Shown here in pieces: positions 38,661 through 50,239 of a stretch of 64,000 bases of DNA. The DNA comes from Spirochaetota bacterium. Its GTDB lineage: Bacteria > Spirochaetota > UBA4802 > JAFGDQ01. Location: the NCBI GenBank assembly GCA_043803405.1, contig JAZDKB010000006.1, positions 80,354-144,353 of the forward strand. Direction: 5' to 3'. Made by a program: the position numbers and the translations under genes. Numbering within the stretch: position 1 is the stretch's first letter; every line of letters starts with the position of its first letter. The notes beneath the pieces were generated by a model, which was given only the letters and a program-made list of their open reading frames with translations, was not told where the DNA came from and ran no database searches.

Positions 38661-40778
38661 ATGGCGGCCAATAAAGGGAAGGGAGGATTCTCTTCGCTGT
38701 TTACTGAAAATATTCAGTGGATGCAGAAATCCGATATTCTTATCGGTATAGGCATTATTACGATCGTAGCAATGCTGATTATTCCATTGCCAACACTCCT
38801 TCTTGATTTTCTTTTAACAATAAGCGTTATGACCGGTTTGCTTATATTGATGATTGTTATGTTCGTACGAAGGGCATTCGATTTCTCAATATTCCCAACG
38901 CTTTTGCTTGTTACGACTGTTTTCCGGCTGGCTTTGAATGTATCTACTACCAGGCTGATACTTTTAGAAGGCGCGGCATTTGACGGGAAAATAATCAGGG
39001 CGTTCGGTGATTTTGTAGTCAGCGGAAATTACGTGGTCGGATTTATAATATTTATTATTCTGGTGGCTGTCCAATTTATTGTTATAACAAAAGGAGCAAC
39101 GCGCACAGCAGAAGTAGCAGCAAGATTTACACTGGATGCCATGCCAGGCAAACAGATGAGCATTGACTCGGATCTCTCCAACGGATTAATTACCGAAGAC
39201 GAAGCCAGATTAAGGAGGGTTGAAATACGAAAGGAAGCGGATTTTTATGGTGCAATGGATGGCGCTTCAAAATTCGTTCAGGGAGATGTCAAAGTAGGAA
39301 TAGTTATAACATTGATCAATGTTATCGGCGGATTTATAATAGGCATGGTAATGCGGGGAGAGAGTTTCCAGCTTGCATTAAAAACTTATACGTTGCTTAC
39401 TATCGGGGATGGATTGGTTAATCAGATACCTTCTCTCCTGATTACCACGGCTACCGGTATAATAGTCACGCGGGCTATATCCGAGGAAAGCCTCGGTGAA
39501 GATATTGCAAAGCAGATGGGAATGCACCCGAGAGCGCTGCTTATCACGGCAGGAGCAATTGGTGCTTCGTCGATAATACCCGGATTCCCGACAATTACAA
39601 CACTGGTGATTGCGGCAGGGCTGGGCGCTCTCGGATACTTTATGCTGAAATCGAAAGAGGAAGAGTCAAATAAAATCAGCAAAGAAGAAAAAGAGGCGCA
39701 GCTTAAAGAGCATAAGCCGGAATCGGTACTGCCATTAATACAGGTCGATCCGCTTGAAGTTGAAATCGGATACAGTCTTATACCTCTTGTTGACCCGGAG
39801 CAGGGAGGAACTTTGCTCGATAGAATAACAAATATCAGACGGAGATCGGCTCTGGATATGGGATTGATTGTACCGCCTATAAGAATTCGGGATAATATGG
39901 AGCTTGATTCTTCGACATATTCGATTCTTATAAAAGGTGTTGAAGTTGGCAGCGGAAAACTTCAGGTCGGAAAACTTATGGCGATGGATCCGGGTACGGT
40001 CAAAGAAAAAATACAGGGAGATGAGTTCGTAGAACCTGTTTTTGGATTAAAAGCTATCTGGATAAATCCTGACGCAAGGGATGAAGCAGAAAAGAAAGGT
40101 TATACGGTTGTGGACTGTCCTACTATTACAGCAACGCATTTGACCGAATTAATCAAGAGACATGCTGATGAAATTCTCGGAAGACAGGAAGTTAAACAAC
40201 TGATAGACAACATCAAACGGGATTATCCTATGGTAGTTGACGAAATACTGACCGAGAAGAAGCTGTCCCTCGGAGAAATTCAGCAGATACTTCAAAATTT
40301 ACTGCGGGAACGGGTCTCAATTCGAAATATGGTTACCATACTTGAAACAACTGCCAGCTATGCAGACCGCACTGGCAGAAATATCGGGTTAATAACCGAA
40401 TATGTACGTACATCTTTATCAAGGCAGATTTGTAAAACATATATTGATAAAGATAATTCTATCTCAATAATAAGCCTTGATCCTGAGATCGAAGACATAA
40501 TTGCATCATCAATTCATGATGACCCTATAGAGGGGAATATTTTAAGTATAGATCCCGATACGCATAGAAGTATAATGGACTCCGTAATAAGTGCGTATAA
40601 TAATGCAAAGGAGCAAGGATACATGCCGATTTTCCTTGTGTCACCCAGGATCAGAAGTGTAACTTTTTCTTTGCTGGAAAGGGATTTGCCGGATTCAATA
40701 GTGCTTTCCTATAATGAAATAAGTCCGGACATCAGAGTTAATGTAATTGGATCAGCGCTGCTGCGGTCGGCAGCATAA
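38661..40778 (+). CDS. flhA: Flagellar biosynthesis protein FlhA
   Basis: ITKGATRTAEVAARFTLDAMPGKQMSID, FYGAMDGASKFV. Confidence 0.99.
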   Translation: MAANKGKGGFSSLFTENIQWMQKSDILIGIGIITIVAMLIIPLPTLLLDFLLTISVMTGLLILMIVMFVRRAFDFSIFPTLLLVTTVFRLALNVSTTRLILLEGAAFDGKIIRAFGDFVVSGNYVVGFIIFIILVAVQFIVITKGATRTAEVAARFTLDAMPGKQMSIDSDLSNGLITEDEARLRRVEIRKEADFYGAMDGASKFVQGDVKVGIVITLINVIGGFIIGMVMRGESFQLALKTYTLLTIGDGLVNQIPSLLITTATGIIVTRAISEESLGEDIAKQMGMHPRALLITAGAIGASSIIPGFPTITTLVIAAGLGALGYFMLKSKEEESNKISKEEKEAQLKEHKPESVLPLIQVDPLEVEIGYSLIPLVDPEQGGTLLDRITNIRRRSALDMGLIVPPIRIRDNMELDSSTYSILIKGVEVGSGKLQVGKLMAMDPGTVKEKIQGDEFVEPVFGLKAIWINPDARDEAEKKGYTVVDCPTITATHLTELIKRHADEILGRQEVKQLIDNIKRDYPMVVDEILTEKKLSLGEIQQILQNLLRERVSIRNMVTILETTASYADRTGRNIGLITEYVRTSLSRQICKTYIDKDNSISIISLDPEIEDIIASSIHDDPIEGNILSIDPDTHRSIMDSVISAYNNAKEQGYMPIFLVSPRIRSVTFSLLERDLPDSIVLSYNEISPDIRVNVIGSALLRSAA

Positions 40779-40824
40779 TTATTATGTTTTAATCTGGAAA
40801 ATATGTGAGGAGGAATCTAATTAA

Positions 40825-42171
40825 ATGAAATATGTTAAAATAAAATCAGGGACATATAATGAAGCAATGATGAAGCTTCGTATGGATTATGGAGAAGATG
40901 CTATTCCGGTGAGTCATAAATATGTTAAGGAAGGCGGTATACTTAATTCAAAATTGTTCGCGAAAAATGTCGTTGAATTAACTGCTGCTATACCCGAGAA
41001 AAATAATAATTTTAAAATGAAATCCGCAAAAAAAAGCCTAGTCGATTATACTGTTTCAGATTCAGAAGCAATTAAAGAAAGTCTCAGGGCAATAAATAAA
41101 AGTCATGATCAGGTAAAAACGTCGCCAAATATCGTATCTGAAACACAAAGAACATCCCTTGATTCACTTTTATTAAAAAACACGGCAACCCATAATATTA
41201 AGGACACATTCGCAGCCGGCAAGTCATCTTCAGGTTCTATCCCGGATGAAAAGGAAAGTAATTCAGACATTAAAAGATTTGAAAAGGAATTTGATGAGAT
41301 TAAATCCACATTAAAGAAGCTGCTGGATGAAAGCAATGGGAAAAGAATGGTTTTTTCGCAAACGCAGGAAGATGATGAAGTAGTAAAACCTTATGTTAAT
41401 ATGCTGAAAGATAATGATTTCGACTATGATGAGCGTACTTTTATCATCGAAGAAATAAAGAGGACAATTAGTCCGGAGGACATGAAAGATAAATATAAAA
41501 TAGAGAAAAGTCTCAAGGATTTATTAAAAAATAAAATAATTACAAACGGTCCTATTAAAAAAGGTATTAAGAAAAAAGTAATTATGTTTATCGGTCCTAC
41601 TGGGGTCGGCAAAACAACGACAATGGCCAAGTTGGGCGCTATTTACGCACTGCGTGAAGATTACAAGGTGGCCTTTGTAACAATCGATACATATCGAATA
41701 GCTGCAACAGAACAGCTAAAAAAATATGCCGGTATTATGAAAATTCCTATTCATGTTGTTAATGATCAAAAGTCATTTAAGGATGTGATAAATAATGAAA
41801 AGTCGGAAATAATTTTAGTCGATACATCCGGACGCAGTCATAAGAACGACTTAAAAATTTCGGAAATGAAAACGTATGCTGATATGGTAGAACATGATTT
41901 TGAAAAAATTTTATGTGTCAGCGCAAACACGAAGAAAAATGATCTGAGGGATATTTTTAAGTCGTTTGCAAAAATTAATTTTAACAGTGTGATTATTACA
42001 AAAGTCGATGAATCATCATATATCGGCAGTGTAATTGATATTGCCGATAAATTTAAAAAACCGATTTCATATTATACAAACGGACAGGAAGTTCCGAATG
42101 ATATTTATGTTGCCGACCCCAATAAAATTGTAGATATGATTATCGGTCAGAGTACATATGTTGGAGGATAA
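40825..42171 (+). CDS. flhF: SRP-family GTPase FlhF
   Basis: GPTGVGKTTT, DTYRIAA, DTSGR, TKVDE, GQEVPND. Confidence 0.96.
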   Translation: MKYVKIKSGTYNEAMMKLRMDYGEDAIPVSHKYVKEGGILNSKLFAKNVVELTAAIPEKNNNFKMKSAKKSLVDYTVSDSEAIKESLRAINKSHDQVKTSPNIVSETQRTSLDSLLLKNTATHNIKDTFAAGKSSSGSIPDEKESNSDIKRFEKEFDEIKSTLKKLLDESNGKRMVFSQTQEDDEVVKPYVNMLKDNDFDYDERTFIIEEIKRTISPEDMKDKYKIEKSLKDLLKNKIITNGPIKKGIKKKVIMFIGPTGVGKTTTMAKLGAIYALREDYKVAFVTIDTYRIAATEQLKKYAGIMKIPIHVVNDQKSFKDVINNEKSEIILVDTSGRSHKNDLKISEMKTYADMVEHDFEKILCVSANTKKNDLRDIFKSFAKINFNSVIITKVDESSYIGSVIDIADKFKKPISYYTNGQEVPNDIYVADPNKIVDMIIGQSTYVGG

Positions 42172-43054
42172 AGTGGATCAAGCTTCGAATTTACGTAAAT
42201 TAGTAATACAAAATAAAAAAGATTATAAGACAAGAACTATTGCCGTTACAAGCGGAAAAGGGGGAGTAGGGAAGTCAAGCCTTTCCGTCAGTCTGGCAAT
42301 TGCGTTGGCACAGGGAGGGGCATCAGTAACACTCCTGGATGCAGATTTAGGGCTGGCAAATATTAATGTTATTCTTGGTATTATCCCCAAGTTTAATCTT
42401 TACCACGTTATAAAGGGCAAGAAAAAATTAAAAGATATAGTAATAGATATTCCGGAAGGAATTAAGATAATTGCAGGTGCATCCGGATTTCACCAACTGG
42501 CGAATCTGGATTCAAAACAGATCGGAGATTTTATTCAATCTGTATCGGAACTTGATACTGACGATTTCATGATAATCGATACAGGCGCGGGAGTATCACA
42601 GAATGTCCTGCGTTTTGTAATCGCAGCTGATGATATTCTGGTTGTAACTACTCCTGAGCCGACCGCAATAACAGATGCCTATGGAATAATTAAGTCAATT
42701 GCATCGCAGTCGCCGGATAAATCGGTTAAATTAATAGTAAATCGGGTTAACTCCGCTTCAGAAGGGAAAAGAGTGGCTCAACGGGTAATAACTATAGCAG
42801 GTCAGTTCCTGAACATGAAGGTTGAAAGCCTTGGGTTTATTTTTGATGATATGTATGTACCTAAATCAATAAGAAATCAAAAACCATTTATAGTTAGTTA
42901 TCCCAAATCAAAGGCATCGGCATGCGTTTTCATGATTGCAAATCGTATTTCCAATAAAGAAATATATTCCCGGAAAGGCTCTGGTATGGCGTCTTTCTTT
43001 AAAAATCTATTTTCATCTGAAGAAGAAAGCGATGAATCTGTAAAAATAACTTGA
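42158..43054 (+). CDS. flhG: MinD-like ATPase FlhG
   Basis: DQA N-terminal motif, SGKGGVGKS, DADLGLAN, TTPEPTAITDAY. Confidence 0.95.
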   Translation: MLEDKVDQASNLRKLVIQNKKDYKTRTIAVTSGKGGVGKSSLSVSLAIALAQGGASVTLLDADLGLANINVILGIIPKFNLYHVIKGKKKLKDIVIDIPEGIKIIAGASGFHQLANLDSKQIGDFIQSVSELDTDDFMIIDTGAGVSQNVLRFVIAADDILVVTTPEPTAITDAYGIIKSIASQSPDKSVKLIVNRVNSASEGKRVAQRVITIAGQFLNMKVESLGFIFDDMYVPKSIRNQKPFIVSYPKSKASACVFMIANRISNKEIYSRKGSGMASFFKNLFSSEEESDESVKIT

Positions 43055-43136
43055 TTTGTTTTTAAATAATTATATATACTTAAATTGTATTAATATTATT
43101 AAAAAATAATTTTGGGGAAAACGAGATTTAATCAAA

Positions 43137-43688
43137 ATGATTAACCTGAAAACTATCCACAGAGATTATATATTGATATTGTTTTTTGGTGCATCGGCAT
43201 TAATATTATCTTTAGTAATTGGGATATTTTCAGGGAACAGTGTCGCAACTATTTTCATCAGAGCTTTAACTAATACGGTTTTATTCTCTGTTTTAGGATT
43301 TATATGTTTGTTCGTGCTTAAAAAGTTTGTTCCCGAATTATATCAAATAGTCAATTCATTGAATATCAATAAGGAAGTTGAAATAAAATCAGAAGATCTG
43401 GCCAATAAAGACATTAAGCCGAATAATAATGCTAATAACGTTGAACCAGGAGAAAAGACATCTGTCCAATCAGAATCTGATGTTGCAGTAAATACAGGAC
43501 GGGAAGATGCTGCATTGGAAAATGAATTTAACAGAATGGAAAAACCAAGCGAAATATATTCCTCTTTAGGAGCGGATAATAATGATCCGACCGGCGGCTC
43601 ACAAAAACTTTTCAAAGACAATAAAATAAAATATGAACCTAAAATCGCCGCTCAGGCGATAAGGACAATGATGAAAAGAGATGAATAA
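43137..43688 (+). CDS. Hypothetical membrane protein in the flagellar operon
   Basis: Two N-terminal TM helices; C-terminal PKIAAQAIRTMM. Confidence 0.75.
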   Translation: MINLKTIHRDYILILFFGASALILSLVIGIFSGNSVATIFIRALTNTVLFSVLGFICLFVLKKFVPELYQIVNSLNINKEVEIKSEDLANKDIKPNNNANNVEPGEKTSVQSESDVAVNTGREDAALENEFNRMEKPSEIYSSLGADNNDPTGGSQKLFKDNKIKYEPKIAAQAIRTMMKRDE

Positions 43689-43694
43689 AAACAA

Positions 43695-44510
43695 ATGAAA
43701 AAAGAAAATGTCGAAATAAATAACCTCAATGATTTGAATAGTTCTGAAGAAGACGAACTATGGAAAAATTTCGTTAAAACAAATGATCAAAAAATTCGGG
43801 ATTATTTCGTAATTAAATATTCACCGCTTGTTAAATATGTGGCAGGGAAGATTTCGATGAGTATGCCGCAAAATGTAGAGTTTGAAGATTTAATTGCTTA
43901 TGGAATTTTTGGTTTAATTGATGCTATTAATAAGTTTGATCCGAGCAGGGGAATCAAGTTTAAAACATATGCAATGACAAGAGTGCGTGGTGCTATTTTT
44001 GATGAACTCAGATCAATAGACTGGGTTCCCAGATCGATCAGGCAAAAAGCGAAACAGATTGAACTGGTAATATCTGAACTTGAGAATAAATTAGGAAGAA
44101 CAGTTGAAGATGAAGAAATAGCAAAGGAGATGGGAGTCACAGGCGAGGAATTTCAGATACTTTTAAACAAGCTAACCGGGGCATCAATACTGTCTTTGAA
44201 TGATATATGGTATCTTGGAGATGACAGCGACGAACTGTCAATTATTGAGACACTGGAAGCTCCCGAAAATATGAATCCCGATATTTTAATTGAGAAAGAA
44301 GAGATCAGGGATCATATTGTAGATGCCATTAAAAAGCTGCCGGATAAAGAAAAGAAAGTAATTGTTTTATATTATTATGAGGACCTAACCCTGAAGGAAA
44401 TAGGAGCGGTTCTCGATGTAACTGAAAGCAGGGTATCACAGCTTCATACAAAAGCCATAATGAGATTACGTGGAAGATTAGGCCGAATAAAATCCAATAT
44501 TGTTGGATAA
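43695..44510 (+). CDS. fliA: FliA/WhiG family sigma-28 factor
   Basis: [50 protein letters not shown]. Confidence 0.97.
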   Translation: MKKENVEINNLNDLNSSEEDELWKNFVKTNDQKIRDYFVIKYSPLVKYVAGKISMSMPQNVEFEDLIAYGIFGLIDAINKFDPSRGIKFKTYAMTRVRGAIFDELRSIDWVPRSIRQKAKQIELVISELENKLGRTVEDEEIAKEMGVTGEEFQILLNKLTGASILSLNDIWYLGDDSDELSIIETLEAPENMNPDILIEKEEIRDHIVDAIKKLPDKEKKVIVLYYYEDLTLKEIGAVLDVTESRVSQLHTKAIMRLRGRLGRIKSNIVG

Positions 44511-44584
44511 TAATATTTTTTCTGTCGCATTCCGAGGAGAAAATAGTAATATGTTTTTAACTGCTTGCGTCGGATAATTATAAA

Positions 44585-46585
44585 ATGAGTAATTTAAAAG
44601 ATTTTTTAAAGAATATTAACGATGGAAGCGAAAATACTTCTGCGGATAATGAAGTCGAAATTTTTGCCGATTCTGTTAAACAGGCGCTTGAGCTTGCTTC
44701 ACGCGAGTTTAATGTTGATATATCAATGCTCGATTATGAGATTCTTGAAAAAGGCACTCCCGGAGTGCTGGGCATAGGCAGAAAACCCTATCATTTACTT
44801 GTAAAGCACTCGGAAACAACCTCACAATATAAAGACATACTTGAAATAGAAAAAAAACTTTCCAAAGTTTCACTTGCTGAAGATATCGACTTAAAAAAAG
44901 TAAATAAAAGTGAAGATGGAAAATGCAAAATAAGAGTAAGCAAAACAGGAATATGGCTTACTATTTCTCCGCCTAAAGCCAAGGGGAAAAAAGTTGAAGT
45001 TACGGAAGTCAGGGAACAGCTTAATTTACTCAGAATATCGAATGTTGATAATAAAAAAATAGAAAAAGCTGTGTCTGGTAAAACAGACAAACCTGTTAAA
45101 ATCGGAGAATGGATTCCCAATCCGGAAAACGACAGTAAAATGTCGGTAGAGATGTCCGATGATGAAATGAAAGCTTTTGTAAAAATAATACGGCCTCGTT
45201 TCTCAGGAAGACATCTTGATCTTGATGATATTTTACCGGAGCTAAAGTCCGCGGGTGTAGTCACAGGCATAGATGAAGAAAGAATTAATAAATATCTGGA
45301 TGATATGGATTATTCATCCGTTCTTATTGGAGCAGAAGGCGTTAAACCAAAACATGGTCGAGATGCATATATCGATTATAAAGTTAGAATAGATAAATCC
45401 CGGACAGTATTTGAAGAAGATGAAAAAGGCCAGGTTGATTTTAAGGATCTGGATTTGCTTGAAAATGTTGTTGTCGGCCAGGTCCTTGCGGTAAAAATGC
45501 CTTCAGAAGAAGGCATACCCGGTAGAACAATAACCAATAGAGTTCTTCCTGCGAAATCAGGAAAAGATACAGCATTAAAATATGGCAAAGGCACTATTCT
45601 TTCCGAAAACGGTCTTGAGCTTACAGCAGAGATCAATGGCCAGGTAGTTTTTCAGCATGGCAAATTAAGTGTAGAACCTGTTCATGTTGTTAAAGGAGAT
45701 GTATCTTTAGAGACCGGAAATATAGTTTTTCTCGGTTCGGTTCTTATTACAGGAAATGTGCAGGATAATTTTATTGTTAAATCAGCCGGCAATATTGAAG
45801 TAAGAGGAGCAGTGCAAAAAGCCTTTCTTGAAGCTGAAGGGAATATAATAGTAAGACAGGGCATAGTCGGAAGAGATGAGGCTAAAATTGAATCGACAGG
45901 TGGGTCAATCTATGCAAAATTTATTCAATCAGCAAATGTAATAGTTGAAAAAGACGTTATTGTCCCGGAAGGTATACTGCACTCCAATGTGGATGCAGGC
46001 GGCAGAATTATTTGCATAGGCCGCAGGGCAAAGATAGTCGGCGGAACTATCCGGGCAGGCGAAGAAGTAAATGCCAAATATTTAGGATCGGATACATTTA
46101 CAAAAACCGATATAAGTGTCGGAATAAATCCTAAAGTTTTACAGCAAATATCTGATATGAAAACAATTGTAAAAGAGTCTTCGGAAGAATTAGAAAAAGT
46201 AAATCTGGATTTAAACACATTGAAAATACAAAAAGCCGGTTCAGGCGGTAAGTTGCCGGCAGATAAAGATGAATTATACAATAAATTATTAGCCCAAAAA
46301 CAAAAACTGACAGGAAGAATGCATGAGGTCGGTATAGAACAGGAAGAGTTGAAAGCATATCTGAATATCCTTGAGCAAAAAGGTAAAGTGTGCGCAGAAC
46401 AAAGCATTTATCCTGGAGTAGATATTCATATTAAAGATGAGAAATTTGCGGTTAAGGATCAATATTCGCATGTAAAATTTGTAATGGAAAATGATGGCAT
46501 TAAGATATATGAATATGAACCGCCACAATTTACCGATGATCAGACAAAATTGATGGCACATACAAGGATAAGAAGAAAGTCATAG
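44585..46585 (+). CDS. FapA (DUF342) family protein with an N-terminal Jag_N-like domain
   Basis: LDYEILEKG..LGIGRKP; VDFKDL..NVVVGQVLA; GDVSLETGNIVF beta-helix; follows fliA. Confidence 0.85.
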   Translation: MSNLKDFLKNINDGSENTSADNEVEIFADSVKQALELASREFNVDISMLDYEILEKGTPGVLGIGRKPYHLLVKHSETTSQYKDILEIEKKLSKVSLAEDIDLKKVNKSEDGKCKIRVSKTGIWLTISPPKAKGKKVEVTEVREQLNLLRISNVDNKKIEKAVSGKTDKPVKIGEWIPNPENDSKMSVEMSDDEMKAFVKIIRPRFSGRHLDLDDILPELKSAGVVTGIDEERINKYLDDMDYSSVLIGAEGVKPKHGRDAYIDYKVRIDKSRTVFEEDEKGQVDFKDLDLLENVVVGQVLAVKMPSEEGIPGRTITNRVLPAKSGKDTALKYGKGTILSENGLELTAEINGQVVFQHGKLSVEPVHVVKGDVSLETGNIVFLGSVLITGNVQDNFIVKSAGNIEVRGAVQKAFLEAEGNIIVRQGIVGRDEAKIESTGGSIYAKFIQSANVIVEKDVIVPEGILHSNVDAGGRIICIGRRAKIVGGTIRAGEEVNAKYLGSDTFTKTDISVGINPKVLQQISDMKTIVKESSEELEKVNLDLNTLKIQKAGSGGKLPADKDELYNKLLAQKQKLTGRMHEVGIEQEELKAYLNILEQKGKVCAEQSIYPGVDIHIKDEKFAVKDQYSHVKFVMENDGIKIYEYEPPQFTDDQTKLMAHTRIRRKS

Positions 46586-46595
46586 GTAATCCTCA

Positions 46596-46916
46596 ATGAC
46601 AGTTAAACCAATTGATATCCAGACAAATATTTCACACATGCACGAGGTCGCAAAAGGAGAACACGTGCGGTCTGCGATTAATATAGAAGGTCAGCATAAG
46701 CTTGAGAAGGATGCAGAGGAAGAAGCAAATAGAATTAAAAACAAATTAGATGCAAATAAACATGCTGAAAAAACTACAATAATGAGAGAGGAAGCTCGTA
46801 AACAAAAAAAAGAGAAAAAATTAATAAAAGATGAATCAAAGAAAAATGATTCAGATAGAAAACAGAATTTAACAAAATTTATAAATATAGGTCTTAAAAT
46901 AGACGTAAAGAGGTGA
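46596..46916 (+). CDS. Conserved hypothetical flagellar-operon protein
   Basis: MTVKPIDIQT...GLKIDVKR pattern. Confidence 0.7.
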   Translation: MTVKPIDIQTNISHMHEVAKGEHVRSAINIEGQHKLEKDAEEEANRIKNKLDANKHAEKTTIMREEARKQKKEKKLIKDESKKNDSDRKQNLTKFINIGLKIDVKR

Positions 46917-46917
46917 C

Positions 46918-47685
46918 ATGGAATTTATTATATTGATTTTTATCAATATTATAATGGGCGCTTTGTTTTATTTAATACTTAGATTAAAGCTGGAAAAGCA
47001 TGCTTCTGATTACAGAGAAAAAAGATTTAGAAGGGAAATGGATGAAATAATCTGTGCTTTTAATGAAACAGCGGAAAGGAATATTACAATATTAGAGAAA
47101 AAAATTGAATATCTGAAAAAAATTATAAAAACTGCTGGTTTGGCCGGCAGCATAAGTTACGATGTCGATGACAACATGCTTAAAAATGATAAAGCAATTG
47201 AGAATGATAATATTAAGATATTGGAAAATTCAGGTAATAAGGCAGGTAAATCAGTCGATATTAAGCTAAATAGTAAATTAAACAGTAACGGTTCAATAAT
47301 AAAAGGTTATCTTCAGATAAAAGGCAGATTATTTGATGCCTACAAATCCATATTCGAAAACAGGCATAACGTTTCATTAGATATACAATCAGATAATACA
47401 GATAAAATCATGAAAGGACAGGATACTATTCCTGTCGAATTGCTGGCAAAATATGATCGGTCTATGGAAGAAAGTAAAAAAAAATGTATTACTAAAGACA
47501 CAATTAATAATGACCTCGAGAAATCTGAATTTAAATTAATTGAAATGTTTAAACATTCAGACGATAAATATATTTTAATATCTCAATTATATAATGAAGG
47601 TTATCCGGCAGACTTCCTCTGTAAATGCTCCGGTATCCCTATGGGTGAGATCAAACTTGTACTTGATTTACATACTTCTTTATAA
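46918..47685 (+). CDS. Hypothetical membrane-anchored protein with a C-terminal HTH-like segment
   Basis: N-terminal TM, coiled coil (NETAERNITILE), GIPMGEIKLVLDL. Confidence 0.7.
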   Translation: MEFIILIFINIIMGALFYLILRLKLEKHASDYREKRFRREMDEIICAFNETAERNITILEKKIEYLKKIIKTAGLAGSISYDVDDNMLKNDKAIENDNIKILENSGNKAGKSVDIKLNSKLNSNGSIIKGYLQIKGRLFDAYKSIFENRHNVSLDIQSDNTDKIMKGQDTIPVELLAKYDRSMEESKKKCITKDTINNDLEKSEFKLIEMFKHSDDKYILISQLYNEGYPADFLCKCSGIPMGEIKLVLDLHTSL

Positions 47686-47765
47686 TGTCGGTCTTTTTAA
47701 ACGATGCCAATGTTATTACTGAAAGATAACAAAAATACTAAATAAAAACTAAATTCCAGAATATT

Positions 47766-48617
47766 ATGATAGATGTTGACTTAATTAGTAGATTAACTGA
47801 AAAAGAATTCGAAAAATTTGCTAAACTCATATACGAAGAAAGCGGGATTTTTTTAAAATCCGTAAAGATAACATTATTATCCAATCGACTTAGAAAAAGG
47901 CTAAAGGTTTTAAATCTGAATTCTTATAATGATTATTATAATTACATTGATGGTCTGCCGGATAGGTCAAAAGAAATTGAAGCATTATTGGATGTTGTAT
48001 CAACAAACGAAACTTATTTTTTTAGAAATGAAAGACAGTTCGAGGCGCTGTCAAAAGAATGCTTGCCGGATATAGCAAGAAAAAAACAACATGACAAGAA
48101 ACTCCGTATATGGAGCGCAGGCTGCTCAACAGGTGAAGAGCCTTATACTATTGGCATATGTATTTTAGAATTATTAAATCTATTTCACGATTGGCAGATT
48201 GAAATATTAGCCACAGATATTGCTGCTTCCGTGCTGGAATTTGCAAAGAAAGGTATTTATTCAGGAAGAAGAATTGATAAAGTAAAACCGGATTTTTTGA
48301 AAAAATATTTTCTTAATGATCCCAACGATCCGGAATTTTTTTCAATAAAAGGTGAAATAAAAAAATTAGTTAATTTTAAAATGCTTAATTTATTTAAAGA
48401 TCCTTACCCTGTAAATATGGATATAATATTTTGTCGAAATGTAATGATTTACTTTGATAAGGAGCATCAAAAAAAATTACTTTCCGGATTTTATAATTCA
48501 ATATATAAAAAAGGATTTCTTTTTCTTGGTCATTCTGAAACGATTTATTCAATATCGGATGATTTTGCTTATAAAAAAATATTAGAAACTCCCATTTATA
48601 TTCCTAAGGAAAAATAA
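47766..48617 (+). CDS. cheR: Chemotaxis methyltransferase CheR
   Basis: TNETYFFR, IWSAGCSTGEEPYT, IFCRNVMIYF, LFLGHSE. Confidence 0.97.
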   Translation: MIDVDLISRLTEKEFEKFAKLIYEESGIFLKSVKITLLSNRLRKRLKVLNLNSYNDYYNYIDGLPDRSKEIEALLDVVSTNETYFFRNERQFEALSKECLPDIARKKQHDKKLRIWSAGCSTGEEPYTIGICILELLNLFHDWQIEILATDIAASVLEFAKKGIYSGRRIDKVKPDFLKKYFLNDPNDPEFFSIKGEIKKLVNFKMLNLFKDPYPVNMDIIFCRNVMIYFDKEHQKKLLSGFYNSIYKKGFLFLGHSETIYSISDDFAYKKILETPIYIPKEK

Positions 48618-48618
48618 T

Positions 48619-49098
48619 TTGAGCATTAATTTAATTACAGTAGGAATAGCAGAAATTCAAACTGCAACTCCGCCGGATATTTTGCGGACAATTCTTGGGT
48701 CATGTGTTGGAATATGTTTGTTTGATTACAAAAATTTTATTGGTGGTCTTTCCCATATAATGTTGCCAAAAATGAGTGATAATAATTCAAATGAAAAGAA
48801 ATATGCAGACACAGCAATACCTTTATTATTGCAGCAAATGTATTGTAAAGGTGCAAAACTTGAATATATTATCGCAAAAATAGTAGGCGGAGCTACAATG
48901 TTCAATTTTCCACAAAAGAGCAATTTAACCAATATTGGTGAAAGGAATATACATAGCGTAAAAAGTACTTTAAAAAATTTTAAAATTAAAATTGTTGCAG
49001 AGGAACTCGGTGGAGATTATGCCCGGACAATAGATTTTTATGTAGATACAGGTATTGTTAAAATTAAATATTTGAACAAACAATTAAATATAATATAG
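48619..49098 (+). CDS. cheD: Chemoreceptor glutamine deamidase CheD
   Basis: TILGSCVG, SHIMLP, AKIVGGA, IGERN; TTG start. Confidence 0.94.
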   Translation: MSINLITVGIAEIQTATPPDILRTILGSCVGICLFDYKNFIGGLSHIMLPKMSDNNSNEKKYADTAIPLLLQQMYCKGAKLEYIIAKIVGGATMFNFPQKSNLTNIGERNIHSVKSTLKNFKIKIVAEELGGDYARTIDFYVDTGIVKIKYLNKQLNII

Positions 49099-49110
49099 GC
49101 AGTTATATAA

Positions 49111-49977
49111 ATGGAGAGCATGACAGGATATTCATATATCGAAAAGAAAACCGCTCAATTTTCTTTTTCGGTTGAAATAAAATCATTGAATTCCAAGTTT
49201 CTTGAAATAAATACTTATTTGCCTAAATTGCTTAGTAAAAATGAAAATGCGATTACTGAGTTAGTAAAAAATAAATTCACCAGAGGAAAAATATTTTTGA
49301 CAATTGAAGTTTTCAACTGGAGTGAGAACAAAGCATCTTCAATAAATAAAGATTTGATTAAGAAAATTTATTACGATCTTAAAGATATCGAAAAGGAATT
49401 AAAAATTACTAATTTTTTTTCCGGCGATATTATTTTTTCTTTTGACGATATAATAAAAAAAACAAAAACCGTTCTTTCTTCAGCTTCCTATGAAATAATT
49501 ATAAATACTATTAAAAATGCGATTGATAAAAACATCAAAATGCGCTTACTTGAAGGTAAAATAATAAAAAAAGATGTACAAAACTCATTAAATATTATTC
49601 AGAATAATTTATCTGGGATTAAAAAGAAATTTAAGGATGTATCAAAAATATTGTTTAAAAAATTAAAAAATAATATTGAAACAATCGCTGGAAGAAAAAT
49701 AGATGATGTAAGGGTATATACGGAACTGGCAGTCTTGGTTGACAAGATGGATATAAATGAAGAAATTGTACGTTTAAATGATCATTTAAAAAAATGTAGA
49801 CTATTAATTGACAGTAATGAACAGATCGGCAAAAAACTGGATTTTTTAGCACAGGAGATGTTCAGAGAAACAAACACAATTGCCTCAAAGGCAAATAATG
49901 CGGAAATTTCACATATTGTAGTAAATATCAAAAATCATATAGATAAACTCAGAGAACATTCCAGGAATATTACATAG
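49111..49977 (+). CDS. yicC: YicC/YloC family endoribonuclease
   Basis: [46 protein letters not shown]. Confidence 0.93.
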   Translation: MESMTGYSYIEKKTAQFSFSVEIKSLNSKFLEINTYLPKLLSKNENAITELVKNKFTRGKIFLTIEVFNWSENKASSINKDLIKKIYYDLKDIEKELKITNFFSGDIIFSFDDIIKKTKTVLSSASYEIIINTIKNAIDKNIKMRLLEGKIIKKDVQNSLNIIQNNLSGIKKKFKDVSKILFKKLKNNIETIAGRKIDDVRVYTELAVLVDKMDINEEIVRLNDHLKKCRLLIDSNEQIGKKLDFLAQEMFRETNTIASKANNAEISHIVVNIKNHIDKLREHSRNIT

Positions 49978-49981
49978 ATTT

Positions 49982-50239
49982 ATGAAAGCAACCTTAATTA
50001 ATATTGGTTTTGGGAATGCAGTTGTTGCTGAAAGGATAATAGCTGTCATAACCCCCATATCGGCATCTGGTAAACGAATTCGGGAAGAAGCAAAGGAGAA
50101 TGACGTTTTAATCGATGCTACCCACGGAAGAAAGACAAGGGCAATTATAATTATGGACTCGAATCATGTAATTTTATCTGCTATGCAGCCCGAAACTATC
50201 TCAAATCGATTGGCAAACCATGAAAATCCTGAAGAATAA
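49982..50239 (+). CDS. remA: RemA/DUF370 family protein
   Basis: [32 protein letters not shown]. Confidence 0.93.
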   Translation: MKATLINIGFGNAVVAERIIAVITPISASGKRIREEAKENDVLIDATHGRKTRAIIIMDSNHVILSAMQPETISNRLANHENPEE